Assembly: GCA_011109175.1 (NCBI GenBank)
Contig: RDEW01000011.1
Coordinates: forward strand, 1,078,091-1,142,090
Length of the DNA: 64,000 nucleotides
Direction of reading: 5' to 3'
Source of the DNA: Dicyema japonicum
Taxonomy: Eukaryota; Animalia; Dicyemida
The notes under the pieces were generated by a model. That model worked only from the letters and a program-made list of their open reading frames with translations. It was not told the origin of the DNA and made no database searches. Numbering within the stretch: position 1 is the stretch's first letter; every line of letters begins with the position of its first letter. Both the position numbers and the translations under genes were made by a program. Positions 20,991 through 33,509 of this stretch are shown in pieces.

Positions 20991-23909
20991 TGGTTGAAGT
21001 GGTGACGTGCTTCTGTTTTTCTTCTCTAGAAAAATTCATGTCTTTATCATGTCTAAATGCAAAATCCTTGTTTTCCATCGCCACATACAATGTTCGTGGC
21101 CTCTCATTTCTGATCAAGAGGGAACTATTATCCGAAGATCTGTCCCGTTACAAAATCGACATTTGCTGCATACAGGAAACAAAGAACGCCCTAGGATCCG
21201 ATGAAACCATTGGTAACTACCGGATTCTTCTACTCCCATCAGAAAATCGACATTACGGTCTTGGTTTTGCAATTAACTGGAACCTAGTGAACTGCTTGCA
21301 TAAAGTATGGACAGTCAGTGATCGTGTTGCCGTTATGCAATTGTGTTTATCATCTACAAACAATACTATGATGACTGTTATCAATGTATATGCCCCACAC
21401 ATGGGCAGAGTTTCCAAAAATATGGATGAGTTGGAAGAGTTTTATCAAATCCTATCGAATACATATATGCGAGTTCATCGATCTGCACTTATATTTATCT
21501 GTGGTGACTGGAATGCCAAGGCTGGCATGAGAAGGCACGACGAAGTCTGTATGGGAAAATATGGCAGAGGGTATCGTAATCTCTCTGGACACTCACTCAT
21601 GGATTTTTGTAATTCATCAAATCTGTATCTATGCAATACCACTTTTAAACACCCAGCAAAACATAGAACTACCTGGGTTGGCATAAGAAGGTCCAAAGAC
21701 GAACATACGTGCATATTCAACCAAATAGACTACATTATCTGCCCTATCTCCTTGAAGAGACTTCTGTCTGACTCTAGGAGTTATGGAGGAACCACTACTG
21801 ACAGTGACCATAAGCTAACGGTGGCCAGATTAAATCTCAAACGATACTACGGAATTGAGGCAGTCAAGAGGAAAAGCACACCTCTAAATAGACGTTTGGC
21901 TGTGGAAATGTTGACTTTTGACACTTGGCAAAAGAGATACCAACAAAATGTCTCTAAACGTTTACGTGGAGTTGAACCCAGTGGCACCCCCTCGACTGAC
22001 CTCGGGAAGATCTTGGATATTCTAAAACTGTCGGCGATAGAGACTGTTGGATACCAGGAAAAAGACCAAAATAGACGAATGATTCATGACCCCTTAATTC
22101 GAGAATTGTCTGAGCAGCAGAAAGAAATACGTTCGAAACTGGGAAGTTCAAATTCGAATAAATGTGCATTAAGGAGAAAACGCAATCAAATATCGCATCT
22201 GATAAGAAGACGATCAAATATCCTTTGGCACAAATATTTGGACGATAAAGCAACTGAAATCGAAAACTGTCAGTATGGAAGACGAATGTTCTCTGCTGTT
22301 AGACTACTTACACGAGGAACTGCAAAGAAACCACTGAAAGTCTGTGACGACGAAGGTCAATATCTTCAAAACCCTGAGGATAAAGCAAATTATATTGCTA
22401 GACACTTCGAGTCGTTGTTTAAATCTGAAGGGATGAATGTACCTAAATTTATTGGATATCCGAGACCCCTTACAAACAAAATTACAATAAAGGAAGTAAC
22501 CGATGCATTTATGCATCTAAAGGGAAATCGGTCGGCTGGTTATGATGGCATTCCGGGTGAGTTACTAAAACATGCCCCGGTTACTGTTGGGAATATAATC
22601 ACGAATATCTTAAATGAGTCGATGGAACTTCACTGTCCACTTCCTTTGGGACATGGAGTCTTAATTCCAATACATAAACCTGGGAAAAAAGAAGGGTCGT
22701 TGGACGGACTAAGACCTATTATTCTATTGTCAGTTATCAGGAAAACCTTATCGATCATAGTGCTTAACCGTATACGAGAGCCAGTGGAAAAATACCTTTC
22801 CCTAAGTCAAAGTGGGTTTAGAAGTGGAAGATCAACCTCAGATATTGTGTGGAGTCATCGATGGCTCACATCAATATGTCAAAAATACACGAAAGTAATC
22901 TACATCCTAGGAATTGATCTAACGAAGGCTTTTGACAGCATCAATAGAGAAAAACTCATGATTGTTCTAAAGGAACTGCTTGACGAGGACTGCCTGAGAC
23001 TAATAAGTTTATTACTTTCCGAAACTGACCTATCCGTGAGAATAGGAACAAAGCATTCGAAGAGTTTCAGTACCAACATGGGCACTCCACAAGGAGATTC
23101 CTTGTCCCCAATTATATTTATTGTTTACCTCGAAGCTGCGCTCAAGGAATTGAGAAATGTCATGGGTCCTAAATACCGGGACATAACAGAGTTAATTTAT
23201 GCGGATGATGTAGACTTTGTGTCTACCGACCAAGAAATACTTGACCAAATTTTACTTCAAGCCGAACGTATTTTTAAGAATTGGGATTTACGCATAAACA
23301 TTAAAAAAACTGATTATACACGAGTCGAACGAGCAGAATCAAGGAACGATGAGTGCTGGAGACATACCAAAAAACTCGGCTCACTGCTAGGTGATGCTGA
23401 GGATATTTGTCGAAGGAAAATGCTGGCTACCATATACTTCAAAAAAATGTACCGAATTTGGATAAGGAAAAAACACGTATCACTGAAACTTCGTGTCAGA
23501 CTATACGACACGTTTGTTAAACCGATTTTGCTATACAATTCCGGAACATGGGCAGTTCTAAAATTGATTTAGAGAAGCTAGGTACTTTTCACAGGAACCA
23601 ACTCCGCATGTTGATTGGAATTTTTTGGCCGAGAAAAATCTCAAATTAAAATCTAATGGAAGAATATTTCTCTACGCCGGAAGTCGCGGATTTCGAGGCA
23701 GACCAAGAAACACACTTCCAACCTGCTTAAAAGATGACTACGAACAAAATAGTCGTAAATTGGTGACAGCGGACGATCTAGATGATGTTCGAATGATGGC
23801 CAGGAACAAGATGGCGTGGGCAAAGATGGCGAGGAGGATGGCTGCAAAACATGGCTCAAGCGAACCCCTTTTAGGGCCACGCGAAAGAGCTCTTAACTAA
23901 CTAACTAAC
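20991..23909 (+). mobile_element. RTE-clade LINE, near full length, with 11-bp TSD taattgacgtt and (TAAC)4 tail
   Basis: TSD at 20980-20990 and 23910-23920. The empty site is visible in the duplicate at ~36580. Confidence 0.95.
21038..23572 (+). CDS. RTE single ORF, APE plus RT (C-terminus frameshifted and partly deleted, remnants to 23900)
   Basis: ATYNVRGL, IQETK, NVYAP, GDWNAK, QIDYI, DSDH, LRPIILL, QSGFR, IDLTKAFDS, GTPQGDSLSP, YADD. Confidence 0.93.
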   Translation: MSLSCLNAKSLFSIATYNVRGLSFLIKRELLSEDLSRYKIDICCIQETKNALGSDETIGNYRILLLPSENRHYGLGFAINWNLVNCLHKVWTVSDRVAVMQLCLSSTNNTMMTVINVYAPHMGRVSKNMDELEEFYQILSNTYMRVHRSALIFICGDWNAKAGMRRHDEVCMGKYGRGYRNLSGHSLMDFCNSSNLYLCNTTFKHPAKHRTTWVGIRRSKDEHTCIFNQIDYIICPISLKRLLSDSRSYGGTTTDSDHKLTVARLNLKRYYGIEAVKRKSTPLNRRLAVEMLTFDTWQKRYQQNVSKRLRGVEPSGTPSTDLGKILDILKLSAIETVGYQEKDQNRRMIHDPLIRELSEQQKEIRSKLGSSNSNKCALRRKRNQISHLIRRRSNILWHKYLDDKATEIENCQYGRRMFSAVRLLTRGTAKKPLKVCDDEGQYLQNPEDKANYIARHFESLFKSEGMNVPKFIGYPRPLTNKITIKEVTDAFMHLKGNRSAGYDGIPGELLKHAPVTVGNIITNILNESMELHCPLPLGHGVLIPIHKPGKKEGSLDGLRPIILLSVIRKTLSIIVLNRIREPVEKYLSLSQSGFRSGRSTSDIVWSHRWLTSICQKYTKVIYILGIDLTKAFDSINREKLMIVLKELLDEDCLRLISLLLSETDLSVRIGTKHSKSFSTNMGTPQGDSLSPIIFIVYLEAALKELRNVMGPKYRDITELIYADDVDFVSTDQEILDQILLQAERIFKNWDLRINIKKTDYTRVERAESRNDECWRHTKKLGSLLGDAEDICRRKMLATIYFKKMYRIWIRKKHVSLKLRVRLYDTFVKPILLYNSGTWAVLKLI

Positions 23910-25384
23910 TAATTGACGTTGAGATGGAAAACTTTTCGATAGTCCGTCTGTGATATTAGGTTAACCTAAATACATGTAATACCAAACTTTAAAGTTATAT
24001 GCAAATAACCCTGTTGATCCAACCCTAGTGAGATGTCAGAGTTTATTTGAAATTGCTTATTGTTTTCCAATAAATTTTATCCAAGCAAAAAAAGTCATTG
24101 AGAATTTTGAGATGGAATTTCAGTTTTAATATGCGTAGAACCAAGTCACCTTTATAAAATACAGAATAAATTATTACTGTTTTAGCCACAAAGCCGGAAT
24201 AAGTTAGCCATGAGTGCTAACACTTCTGAGATGCGACGAGAAGACATTTCATAGAACCAATAAAAGGAAGTGGTGTCACCTTACGAGTTGGATTACTATT
24301 ATTATTAATGTTTCAAAACGTTATAAAAACAACATAGAAGATTGAATTTCTAGATATCAATGAAGATTAAATTACTAAAGAAAGCAGAACAAAGTTACTT
24401 ATCTATAGATGATGCAATTAAGTAAATCATAAAACTATATTTTTGTAAAGTTTATGCTGAATAATGAAATATATAGAATCAGATATTCTTTCAATGAAGT
24501 TTTAGGGGTAACCATATCCCCATATCACTTTAGTTACCTAAAAATGCCCTTCCTCATAATTGGAAGAAGAGGTTGTTAGCTAAAGACATAGATTTTAAAC
24601 CAAGTAGGTATATTTTTTAAATTAAAAAACTAAAAAGAAGGTTAATAGTGAATTAGAAGTAAAAGTTTAAGCTATTGGATAAACTGAAAATATCTTTAGG
24701 TAAGTTCGAGTTATGTCTACCAAATAATTGTCTAAGAATTGCTTTGATGATTCCTCCTGTCACAATTTATTTTTTTCCAAAGCAGCAGTTTTCAAACTTT
24801 TTTACACCGCTCCCTTTGAACAAATATACAATCTTTCGCCTCACTTTATTTTTCATGATTTGTTAGCACAAAAAAGTTAGTGAGAAAAATTTTTTATTCT
24901 TGACACAAAGTTTTTGAAATCTCTGTGTAATTGAGGAGAGTGTTACTCGTGCAACATGATGCACTAATAAATGAGTTAATATTTATATTTTATTGCTTTG
25001 TCGATAAAATTTTCTATTCCTTACATCGATTGACCAAAATAAATTAGCGGTTCTCTATTAAATTTTTGTTTCAATAATTTATCACATGACAATTTTATCT
25101 ATTTTCATTTTTCAAAGATTGTCTATGCAAATTCAACTTCTTCATCAATAAATGGATTCTGTATCCATGGAATTTGTTTTACAAGATCTTTAAAATAATG
25201 AGCAAACTGCTTCAACAAACAAAGCAAACAGAGGGATATTTCAAAGTAATCGAAATATAGGGTTTCCCAACCAATAGCGTAACTTTTTAATTATTAACAT
25301 GTAATAAGGATAAATATACTTTTGAATGAAAGAACATCTTTAAACTCATTAGGAGTTTGTGTTTTAGTATCCTAAAGACAAAGA

Positions 25385-25600
25385 CGAGGAAGAGCTGTTT
25401 CAGGAACTTCTACCTACATTCCAGTATGGGCCATCAGAACCAGAAAATGCATCAATGACTAATCCCTAAAAAATCTTTGTTATGAAGAGGGAATTGAAGA
25501 CCTGATATCTTTGATAATGCCTGTATTCATCATTTTACCGACAATTTCCATTTTCCATTACCTTTTACTCGCCATATCTATCCAATTGAAAATAAATTCA
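25385..25600 (+). mobile_element. IS630/Tc1-family DDE relic (copy at ~38065-38280)
   Basis: IFDNACIHH...YSPY..PIENKF; nucleotide similarity to 14850-15090. Confidence 0.65.
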
Positions 25601-26782
25601 TACCAATATGTTTATAGAGAAGGTGTAGAAAAAGAGAAAATTAAAAAAAGTTTTTTTTGCTTTTAAAAAATTTGTTTTTTACTATTAAAAAATATAATGA
25701 CGGTATTGATAGGTAAAGTAACACTAATAGTGGGGAAAATGAAGTCATGACTGAGAGAGTTAAGTTAATGATCGGGAAACTCTATTTATATATTTTAAAC
25801 CCCAAAACCACCATGATAGAAATAATTAACTTGCTAAATTAAACCCTATAATACGTGTGAATACTAACAATAAGTAGGATGGACAATATTTTCTAGTATT
25901 TGGGGTCATATTGATTATATTCAAATTATTTTTACTATCTGAGCTACAATCAAGATTTTCACTATTTGTCAATTATCTTTTACAATCACTTATAAATTTA
26001 TCATTGCTGTTGGAAGGCGCTCTTCCCATTTTAGAAACCTCTGATCTAAAAGGAGATTTTAAAAGTGTTCTTTTCAGGACAGTATGATTGACTAAAATTA
26101 GACGATTAACGTTAAGTGATTGTTGAATATATTGTAAGGTCTGAGTTCGAAATGATCCTTGAGCCAATCCTTTAACATATACATGACTGATTCAAACGAT
26201 ACACCGACGTTTTAAATTTGGATCATGCACAATATCGAAAATGAAACCATGGTAACTGATAAAAACAACCTATTTGTTTTCCTATCTTAAAAAATAACAT
26301 ATCGACAATTATTATACTTGCTTTAGTCTTTTATAATATATATTCTACTTAAAATATTTAATTGGTAAGATTGTAATGATCCAGTTAGATTTAAGATTAG
26401 CCATTCAAAGACCACATAAAATTCAAAAATTTTAAAGCACGTTTTATTTCTCATAAATACGATTGGTGTTGCTAATCACTTTATAATGATCGTTATCGAT
26501 AATTATTCGACTTTATGATCAGGAAAGCACTTGAATTGAAGGCATCAGAGATTTTGGATTTGTTCATCACTTACTCAATCATAATTTTTTCAAAGTTTGT
26601 TGTCTTAGCTAGGCTGATTCCTGATTTGAAGCACAACTTGTATTTTTCCCAGTTATTTGGAGGATTTTCCAATTTGTGTTAATTTTGATGTACGCTTTTC
26701 CATCTTCAATGACATTTATATTCCATCAAGAAAAAGAAAAACAAAGAAGTGATAAGCATTCCTTGATTTTCTCTTATCGATT

Positions 26783-26910
26783 AGCCATGATACGCTCACG
26801 AGGATCTCCTGTTCGTGTCGCGATCCGATTCCCTAAACGACTCAAGAATTCCAGCGTCGTAAGCGCAGGGGAACCAGACGTCTCAATGGAGAGTGGAACA
26901 AACTAAAGGA
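26783..26910 (-). mobile_element. CRE-clade RLE C-terminal fragment (copy at ~40850-40945) abutting a SINE 3' fragment
   Basis: FVPLSIETSG...LEFLSRLGNRIATRTGDPRER. Confidence 0.75.
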
Positions 26911-27169
26911 TGAAACAGTGTCACTAAAAAATTTTTTTAAACGAAATAATTATTGAAGTTTATTTATGCAGTTGTCATTTTTGTGACATCTGATAGTACA
27001 TTTAGAATTATTTTAAAAACATTGTCATCTATTTTTGTCTATATAAATCAATTTACCAATTGTTTTTACATGCCTCAGATCCTTTGCTATTACATTTTAC
27101 GTAACCTTGCCCGCTCAAATAAGATTCAATTCTGATTGCAGTTCTCAAAAAAATATATCTTTATTTTAC

Positions 27170-27440
27170 ATATCTTCACAGAGCAGAATATGGGGATTGT
27201 TATATAGTTTTACAATAGGATGAATTTTTTGAGAACTGTAAAAATTGAGTCCAATAGTCCAATCCGGAGTCTTATTATCGGGCATCCATGCACAAAGCAC
27301 ATCTTTATAATTTTCTCTTTCTACTAATCTCTGACTTTGAGGGTAACGATGTCTTCTTATTATTAAAATAAAAGTAATAAAAAATACCATGAACATTCTC
27401 AATATTTTTTGCTGCAAAATGCGAGGCTATTAATGGTAAT
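27170..27440 (-). mobile_element. Ginger/GIN-type (KRBA2/SCAND3-like) DDE integrase relic
   Basis: RYPQSQRLVEREN.KDVLCAWMPDNKTPDWTIGLNF matches RHPQSQGSVERAN....L..WM.DN....W..GL.F. Confidence 0.7.
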
Positions 27441-27449
27441 TCCATTCCT

Positions 27450-28690
27450 ACCATGATAAGAAAAATGATTTGAGTCATCCCACGTAAGGATAGCAAGCGT
27501 AAATCAGACAAAAATTCTAAACGCCGTCCATCCTGAGTTGTCTTGCAACAACCATAACTAGTTTTCTTCGAACTAAGCATTCTTGCTGTAGAACTCAGAG
27601 ATATATGTAGAACAATGTATATCTCAACTCGGAATGAGGCGTTGCTTGCTTTTCTGGAAACTCTTGTTTTCTGGAGACATTTAACAAAACCCAGGACCAA
27701 AACCCCTCATTATTATACAGCTTAATGCTAACGGTATAAAACAAAGATCATGGAGCTACGAGTCTTTTGTCGAAACACATTGTCTCAAAAATGGATAAAC
27801 TCCATGCACTGGGAAATATTATGTTATTTGGTGACCTCCATGTAACATCCCCCAATAGGTGACTAATCATCGGCCTACAAGAGGGGTAATCTAATTGTTG
27901 ACTACTTCTAAAAATAGTTATTCTAAACCACCCGAATATCCACACAAGAACAACAGTCAGAAAAAATGATTACCCAACTCCATCCGACCTGTCCATTTTT
28001 TCCTCAAGGATTAGCCCGCTAATTATGTGGAAAGTCTCCTACGACTTCCATGGTGATCATAATCTAATCATACCAAAGATGAGCCGATTCAAAAGCCAAC
28101 ACAGAATCAATGCAAAATTCAGAACTACAAGAAAGCAGACTGGCCAACGTTCAAGCTATTCATTGAGCGTAATCTAATGGGATTTTATCCTGGCACATTT
28201 GATTCTATTGATATGGCAGTGGATCATCTAACCGTGCAACTTTCCAACAGACAAGCTGTTTGTCTCTCGAGCAGTTATAAATGCTATAACAATACGTTCG
28301 ATTGAGAAACTGGTTCTTTTAAAAGAAAAGGAACGCTCTGAAGATAAACCAACCCTTACCTAATCTGACCTGAAGAATATAAAAAGTTTAAATCAAAAAA
28401 CACAACCTTCATCAAAAAAAGTCTTGAAACCGACTATTATAATCTATTAGACAAATGAAATCTACGACACTACTTTGGAATATTATCCGTCGAATCTAAT
28501 TAAGCATATCGAGTGAATTAGAATCTCGTTCTCAAAATATTAGGAAACCAACAACCTGATGAAGTATTACGCGTATATAAGTCGCAAGGACTTTTCGAAG
28601 ACATAATCATGTCGCTTACGTAATTTGGTACCTAATCCAAGTATTGCTTGATGGATAAACATCCAAATATCGTTTGATTCAGTCCCGAGA
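27450..28690 (+). mobile_element. Multiply deleted Ingi-like LINE with a 2A-like motif before APE
   Basis: LLFSGDI*QNPGP-KPLIIIQLNANGI at 27673-27699, plus GDL, GDH and NNLMKYY relics. Confidence 0.8.
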
Positions 28691-29060
28691 ATTTCTTTTT
28701 TTCGCACGACCTACCGTTGCGGACATCAGATATATAGAATAATAATTTTAATAATGAAATTAAAAATTATTTTTATTTTAAATAACTAATTTTATGATAG
28801 AAAATAGATTATTTAGTCAAGTTTATATTTATGTCGCAATATTTGAGTAAATAAAAATAAAATATTAAAACAAAATTATCATAAGAGTGAAATATCTAAA
28901 ATATTACATAACTTGAAAAAAAACTATATCCTCATTTGAAATAATAACCGGAAAATCTAAAAAATGACAAAATTGCTAACATAAATTACGTCTACTTAAA
29001 TGTTATGACTACAATTATGACCTTGTAAAATATACAAATATTATATAAACAAAAAATTAG

Positions 29061-29379
29061 ATGAACACGCAAATGGATCGACAGAGAATTCTTAGAGAAA
29101 TGTATGACGAATACATGGAGCAATATGAAATTTGTTGTAATATCAACAACCGACACGCAGCGTTAACTAGCGAATTTTATAGCTTTAAATACAAAAACAA
29201 TCAAGAAAGAGGTAATAAAAAAATTAACGTAGATCTTTTAATTGAAGAAATTAATAATTGTAAAGTCGATGAGGTTAATTTCAATTAATGTTTAGAGTGA
29301 AGCCTATGCTGTTTTCAGAGCTTTAGAGGCCGATTTGTATCGTTTTATTACTGGGAATCTCCCTCCATTTTATAATTAG
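29061..29379 (+). CDS. Orphan two-exon gene, 98 aa
   Basis: ATG ORF of 71 codons, 22-nt GT-AG intron at 29274-29295, in-frame exon 2 SEAYAVFRALEADLYRFITGNLPPFYN*. Confidence 0.6.
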
Positions 29380-29908
29380 TTGCATTTGATAATTTACTAA
29401 TATTAATTTATCATGAATTTTAAAATTAAGAAGCAGTATATTAAGTTTGTATAATTTAACACCTTAACATATCTTATTTAGTAACTGTAAGCTAAGTTTA
29501 ATGTTAGGCTATCAAAATTTCATTAGAGAAAGACAATTCAGCCTTAAAAAATAAGTAGAAAAAATTTTATCGAAGCTATGTTGTGAAACCAGCTTATTAA
29601 ATATAGATTCGATCAAATAATGCTCGCCAAATGGGAAATCTAAAAAGTATGAATATAAAGGACCATTAAGTATTATCAGAAAGCACATATATAAGATAAA
29701 AGAGAGCACATATTATATTATTACTTAATTAAGAAAAGAATTACAAATAATGAGATTGGGATATTTAAGTTGGAATCACCTCTCAGAAACTGATAATAAT
29801 AATAATAAAATAATAATTAAAATCAGGGAAATTTTTAAAGGAGTTAAAATTTAAAATATAGCATTTATAAAAAATATTGCATTTAAAAAATGTAGCATTT
29901 ATAAATTT

Positions 29909-30185
29909 TAGAAGGCCGGGTGTTAGGTGTCGGGCTAGGTAGCTTAGGCCACGGGTTCTATTCTCGCTGTTGTTCCCCTAATGGAAGGTTTCATGCATCT
30001 ACGATGCAAAAAGGGCTTGACGAGTGACGTCGTCATCAGTGGAGATTCACTACGAAACTGGATATATATATATACACAAGAAAAAGAAAACAAAAAGTGA
30101 AGAGCATTCCTTGGTTTTCCCTCTACGATTAGTTATAATAACTGTTCTTTAGTTAAACGACAACGTGGAAGTGCTTACTATTATT
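29909..30185 (+). mobile_element. tRNA-derived SINE copy
   Basis: Degenerate A/B boxes (gggttctattctc), hairpin-rich body, and a 3' end cgtggaagtgcttactattatt resembling the RTE end. Confidence 0.75.
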
Positions 30186-31296
30186 GAATAAAGAAACATT
30201 AATATTTTTGAAAAAAAGAATATTAGTAAAGATTTACAGTTAAGAGGACGTAATTGAGGAGGCTTCAAAATTTCGAGACTGCCTAAAAAATGTCTACTTT
30301 TTGGTATAGCTCACAACAACATAGATTTCCACATTGGTGTCTTTGAAATTTCTAATTTTTCTAATTAAGAATTTCAACTTTTTTATTGATCTCCAAGGTT
30401 TCATGTTTAAAGTATATCCGTTCACAACTGTAATAGTCATTTCATATTATATTTTGAATTTCTTGTTCAATTATCTAATTTCATTATGTTCTTTTCTCTT
30501 CGTAAAATATTTCTTCACTTCCGTTAGATCTCCACAAAAACAAATATTTCATCCCTTTTTATATGCTTTATTATTGTAATTTTTTGATGCAACTCTGAGC
30601 AACTGTTCTAATCCATAATAGTTCAAAACTATTGGTCTTAACGAGAGTATATTTGCGCTATTTGAATTGATTTCGTTTGTAGAATTACTTAACAGTCAAA
30701 AGAACTAATTATATCACAAATGGAGAGGTATTTTCAGAAATAGTAATTTACTGCAACAAACTAGCTAACTCACCAAAATTTAGCCAGGAATACCTTGTGC
30801 TATCAACATTTGGAAGACATCCGACATCTCTGAAAATATATATTATATATTTATTCTTTGTTGTAGCACTTATGGATTGAATATTTTATTGAATCGAAAA
30901 ATAACAGTCGATCTTTTTGTATTTCGTATTCGTCTTAATCGTAGAGCATACATCTTCGATTTGTTATATATTTATTAAAGGTTCTTTTTTATGTTAATAA
31001 TTGTGGTTAGAACATTTATACCATTTATTTATAGAATTTATAAGTAAGAAAATAAATAAATGAATTAAAAATTACATTATTGTCCAGGAAAGATAATCTT
31101 GGATTGGAAAGAATAGTGGATCCTTTTTGATTGTGAAGATGCGTTTACTACTTACGCCACCAGAAACGGCGAACCACATGACGTCGCGTGCATTTGACAC
31201 ACTTTCGTTTTATCTAAAGAATTGAATTAAAAAATTAAAAATTAATGACAAAATTAAATATTTTATTTTGTTAAGAAAAGAGAGAAAAAATAAACA

Positions 31297-31492
31297 AATG
31301 GTCATACAGCTTTCTATCTGACTGAGTGGCTATTCCTTCTCAGGATTGCGAACGAGATTCTCTCAAATAGTCAGCAGCGATTTCGGGGATCTCCTGTTCA
31401 TCAAATGTCAGATTTGCTAAACGAATCAAGATTTCCAGCGTCGCAGGGATAAGGGAAGAAGAAATTTCAACTGTGTGGAACAAACAAAAATC
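31297..31492 (-). mobile_element. CRE-clade RLE C-terminal fragment
   Basis: FLFVP...TGDPRNRC*LFERISFAILRRNSHSV. Confidence 0.75.
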
Positions 31493-31494
31493 CA

Positions 31495-33085
31495 CAGAGC
31501 CTTCTCTCGGTCTTGCAGATGAATCCGATCGAGGAGTGGAATTTCTTATCCAATAGGTTTTCTCTTGCCATGGAAAGGATCAGGCAAAGCGGATTTCCAT
31601 CTTCCTCACAGACGCGAAGAAATCCGGAGCCACGACTACAGATCTTAGCTTCCAAGAGTAGTGAGTCGATTGTTGATCCAATACGTGGGCAAAGCATACT
31701 GATTGTTTTCTGGTGTATCGAGTTGAATCTTTGGACCATAGACTCCGATAGCGCGAATCTCCATGCAACGGAGGCATACTTAACAGCAAGAATTTATTTC
31801 ATCCTTATGGAAGCTTTTCCACCTACGTCCAATTTTGAAACCCGGAAAAGTGAAGAAGGACCAGGCTTCGTACAGATCAGTCACGTTATTGTGTTCGGTG
31901 TTGAAAATTCTGGAAAGGCTGGTTCTTGTGAAAATCAAAAATTTCCTCCCGGACATGTCATTTCAACATGGTTTTAAAGAGGAGAGGTCTACTTCGACCC
32001 ATTTATCTTCATTGACTAACTTTATGCGATATGGCTTTTTGCACAGGCCGGGACACATGAAACTGTACTTTGCTCCATTGACGTCCACAAAGCTTTTGAT
32101 TCTGTGTCAAGGAATATTCTCACTTGGAAAATTACCAAAGATCCCTGGAAAGCTTAAACTCTGGCTAGCTAATTTCCTTAGTGGTCAGAAGGGCCAGTCA
32201 AGGTCTGAATAGTGTTATTCAATCTATTCATGGCTGACATCCCCACTCTAGACCCCTAAATGATATTATTCTGATATTGCGTCACGCGATCAGGACATCC
32301 AAATTTCCACTTCGAGACTACAAGAAAATCTGGACTTTGGTGGGCCTATTCTGTACCATTCACATGTAATTGGTACGCAGGCAATGTTTGAAACCAAGAC
32401 TGACAAGCGATGTGTTCTGCTCCCTGGAGCCGACTAGAACCTTTGCAAGAGGGAGTCTTTTATCTCTCTTGTAGAAACGACATATACTCGTGGTAGAGAA
32501 GGATGATTCTTTAAAAATTCATTAAGGTTGTTATTATCAACTTAAAGGGCAGATTCTACAACACTCAACTGTACTGGAATAGGCCCTTGATATGACAAGG
32601 ATGAAGTTAATCAATACCTTTAATGTTGCGGTTAAAAGCTTTAATGGCAGAAATGAATTCAATTTCCATTATGTGGAATCCGGTTTTCAGTGGCCGCACA
32701 AAAGATCTCAAGTCTTTTGGTGCACCCTGGAGTTTTCGCTATCAACAGGCCAAGAATATTCAAAAATGGCATTAGAGTAAGGAGACGGAAAGCGACTCCC
32801 ACGTCACGCTCAAAGAGTTTTTAAGCCAATAAATTTATTGAGACCTGAGACCGGTGTCTGGCTGAGCTGGAAGAAGCAAATCCGATTTACAAGCTTTCTA
32901 GGAAATATACTGTTTGAAATTTGATGATTTGCGAGAGTGATTTCCCACTGTCGATCTCCAGATGCTACGAGGGTGTTGTTTATGAGACAAGTAGGACAGG
33001 AAGCTACCTGGATTCGTGCCCCGATCATCAACTTGTTCAATCGCACATAACTCAGATTGAATGTGACGAGTGGTAGTGGACTAAT
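31495..33085. mobile_element. Deletion-fused relics of the two Ingi-like LINEs found at 44940-47955 (minus) and 50990-54075 (plus)
   Basis: High nucleotide identity to 45068-45360 and 52780-54075. Confidence 0.85.
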
Positions 33086-33509
33086 ATTTTTTATTCAAAA
33101 AATTGTATTTTATTTGTACCTCCAAAAATTGATACAACCAATAAGATCTTTAATTTGAGATTATTTCTCGACTATTGATAATAATAGTTTTAACTGCCTT
33201 TACTACTTAAGTGGTTTAATAATTTAATATCCATAATGTTGGTATTTATGGTCATTAACCTTAATAAATTTGAAGTGACAATTCAAAGACTAGTTCTTCA
33301 GAGCACGTGAGATCATAAGAAGGTTAGTTTTCATTTTGTTGTTTTTCGTTTTTCATCACGAGCCAATAAATCCTATAATGGTAGGAGTGGTAAAAAATTA
33401 AAAAATTATATATGCCATTTTAACCAGCATTTTATAATTAATAAGAAAGCATTAATTAAATATTTTTGAGTATTAAACATAAATTGAATTTTAAACAACG
33501 TTGTGAAGT

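Noticed and set aside
30015-30062. Hammerhead ribozyme in the SINE body (ttgacgag...cgaaac; ctgatga on the minus strand)
   Set aside because: The core is incomplete on both strands, stems I and III cannot be formed, and the best-preserved copy (44510-44552) has cggaac instead of cgaaac.
31467-31977. Conserved small proteins duplicated at 31.5 and 45.1 kb
   Set aside because: These are alternative-frame or antisense readings of an Ingi-like LINE 3' region copied by the segmental duplication.
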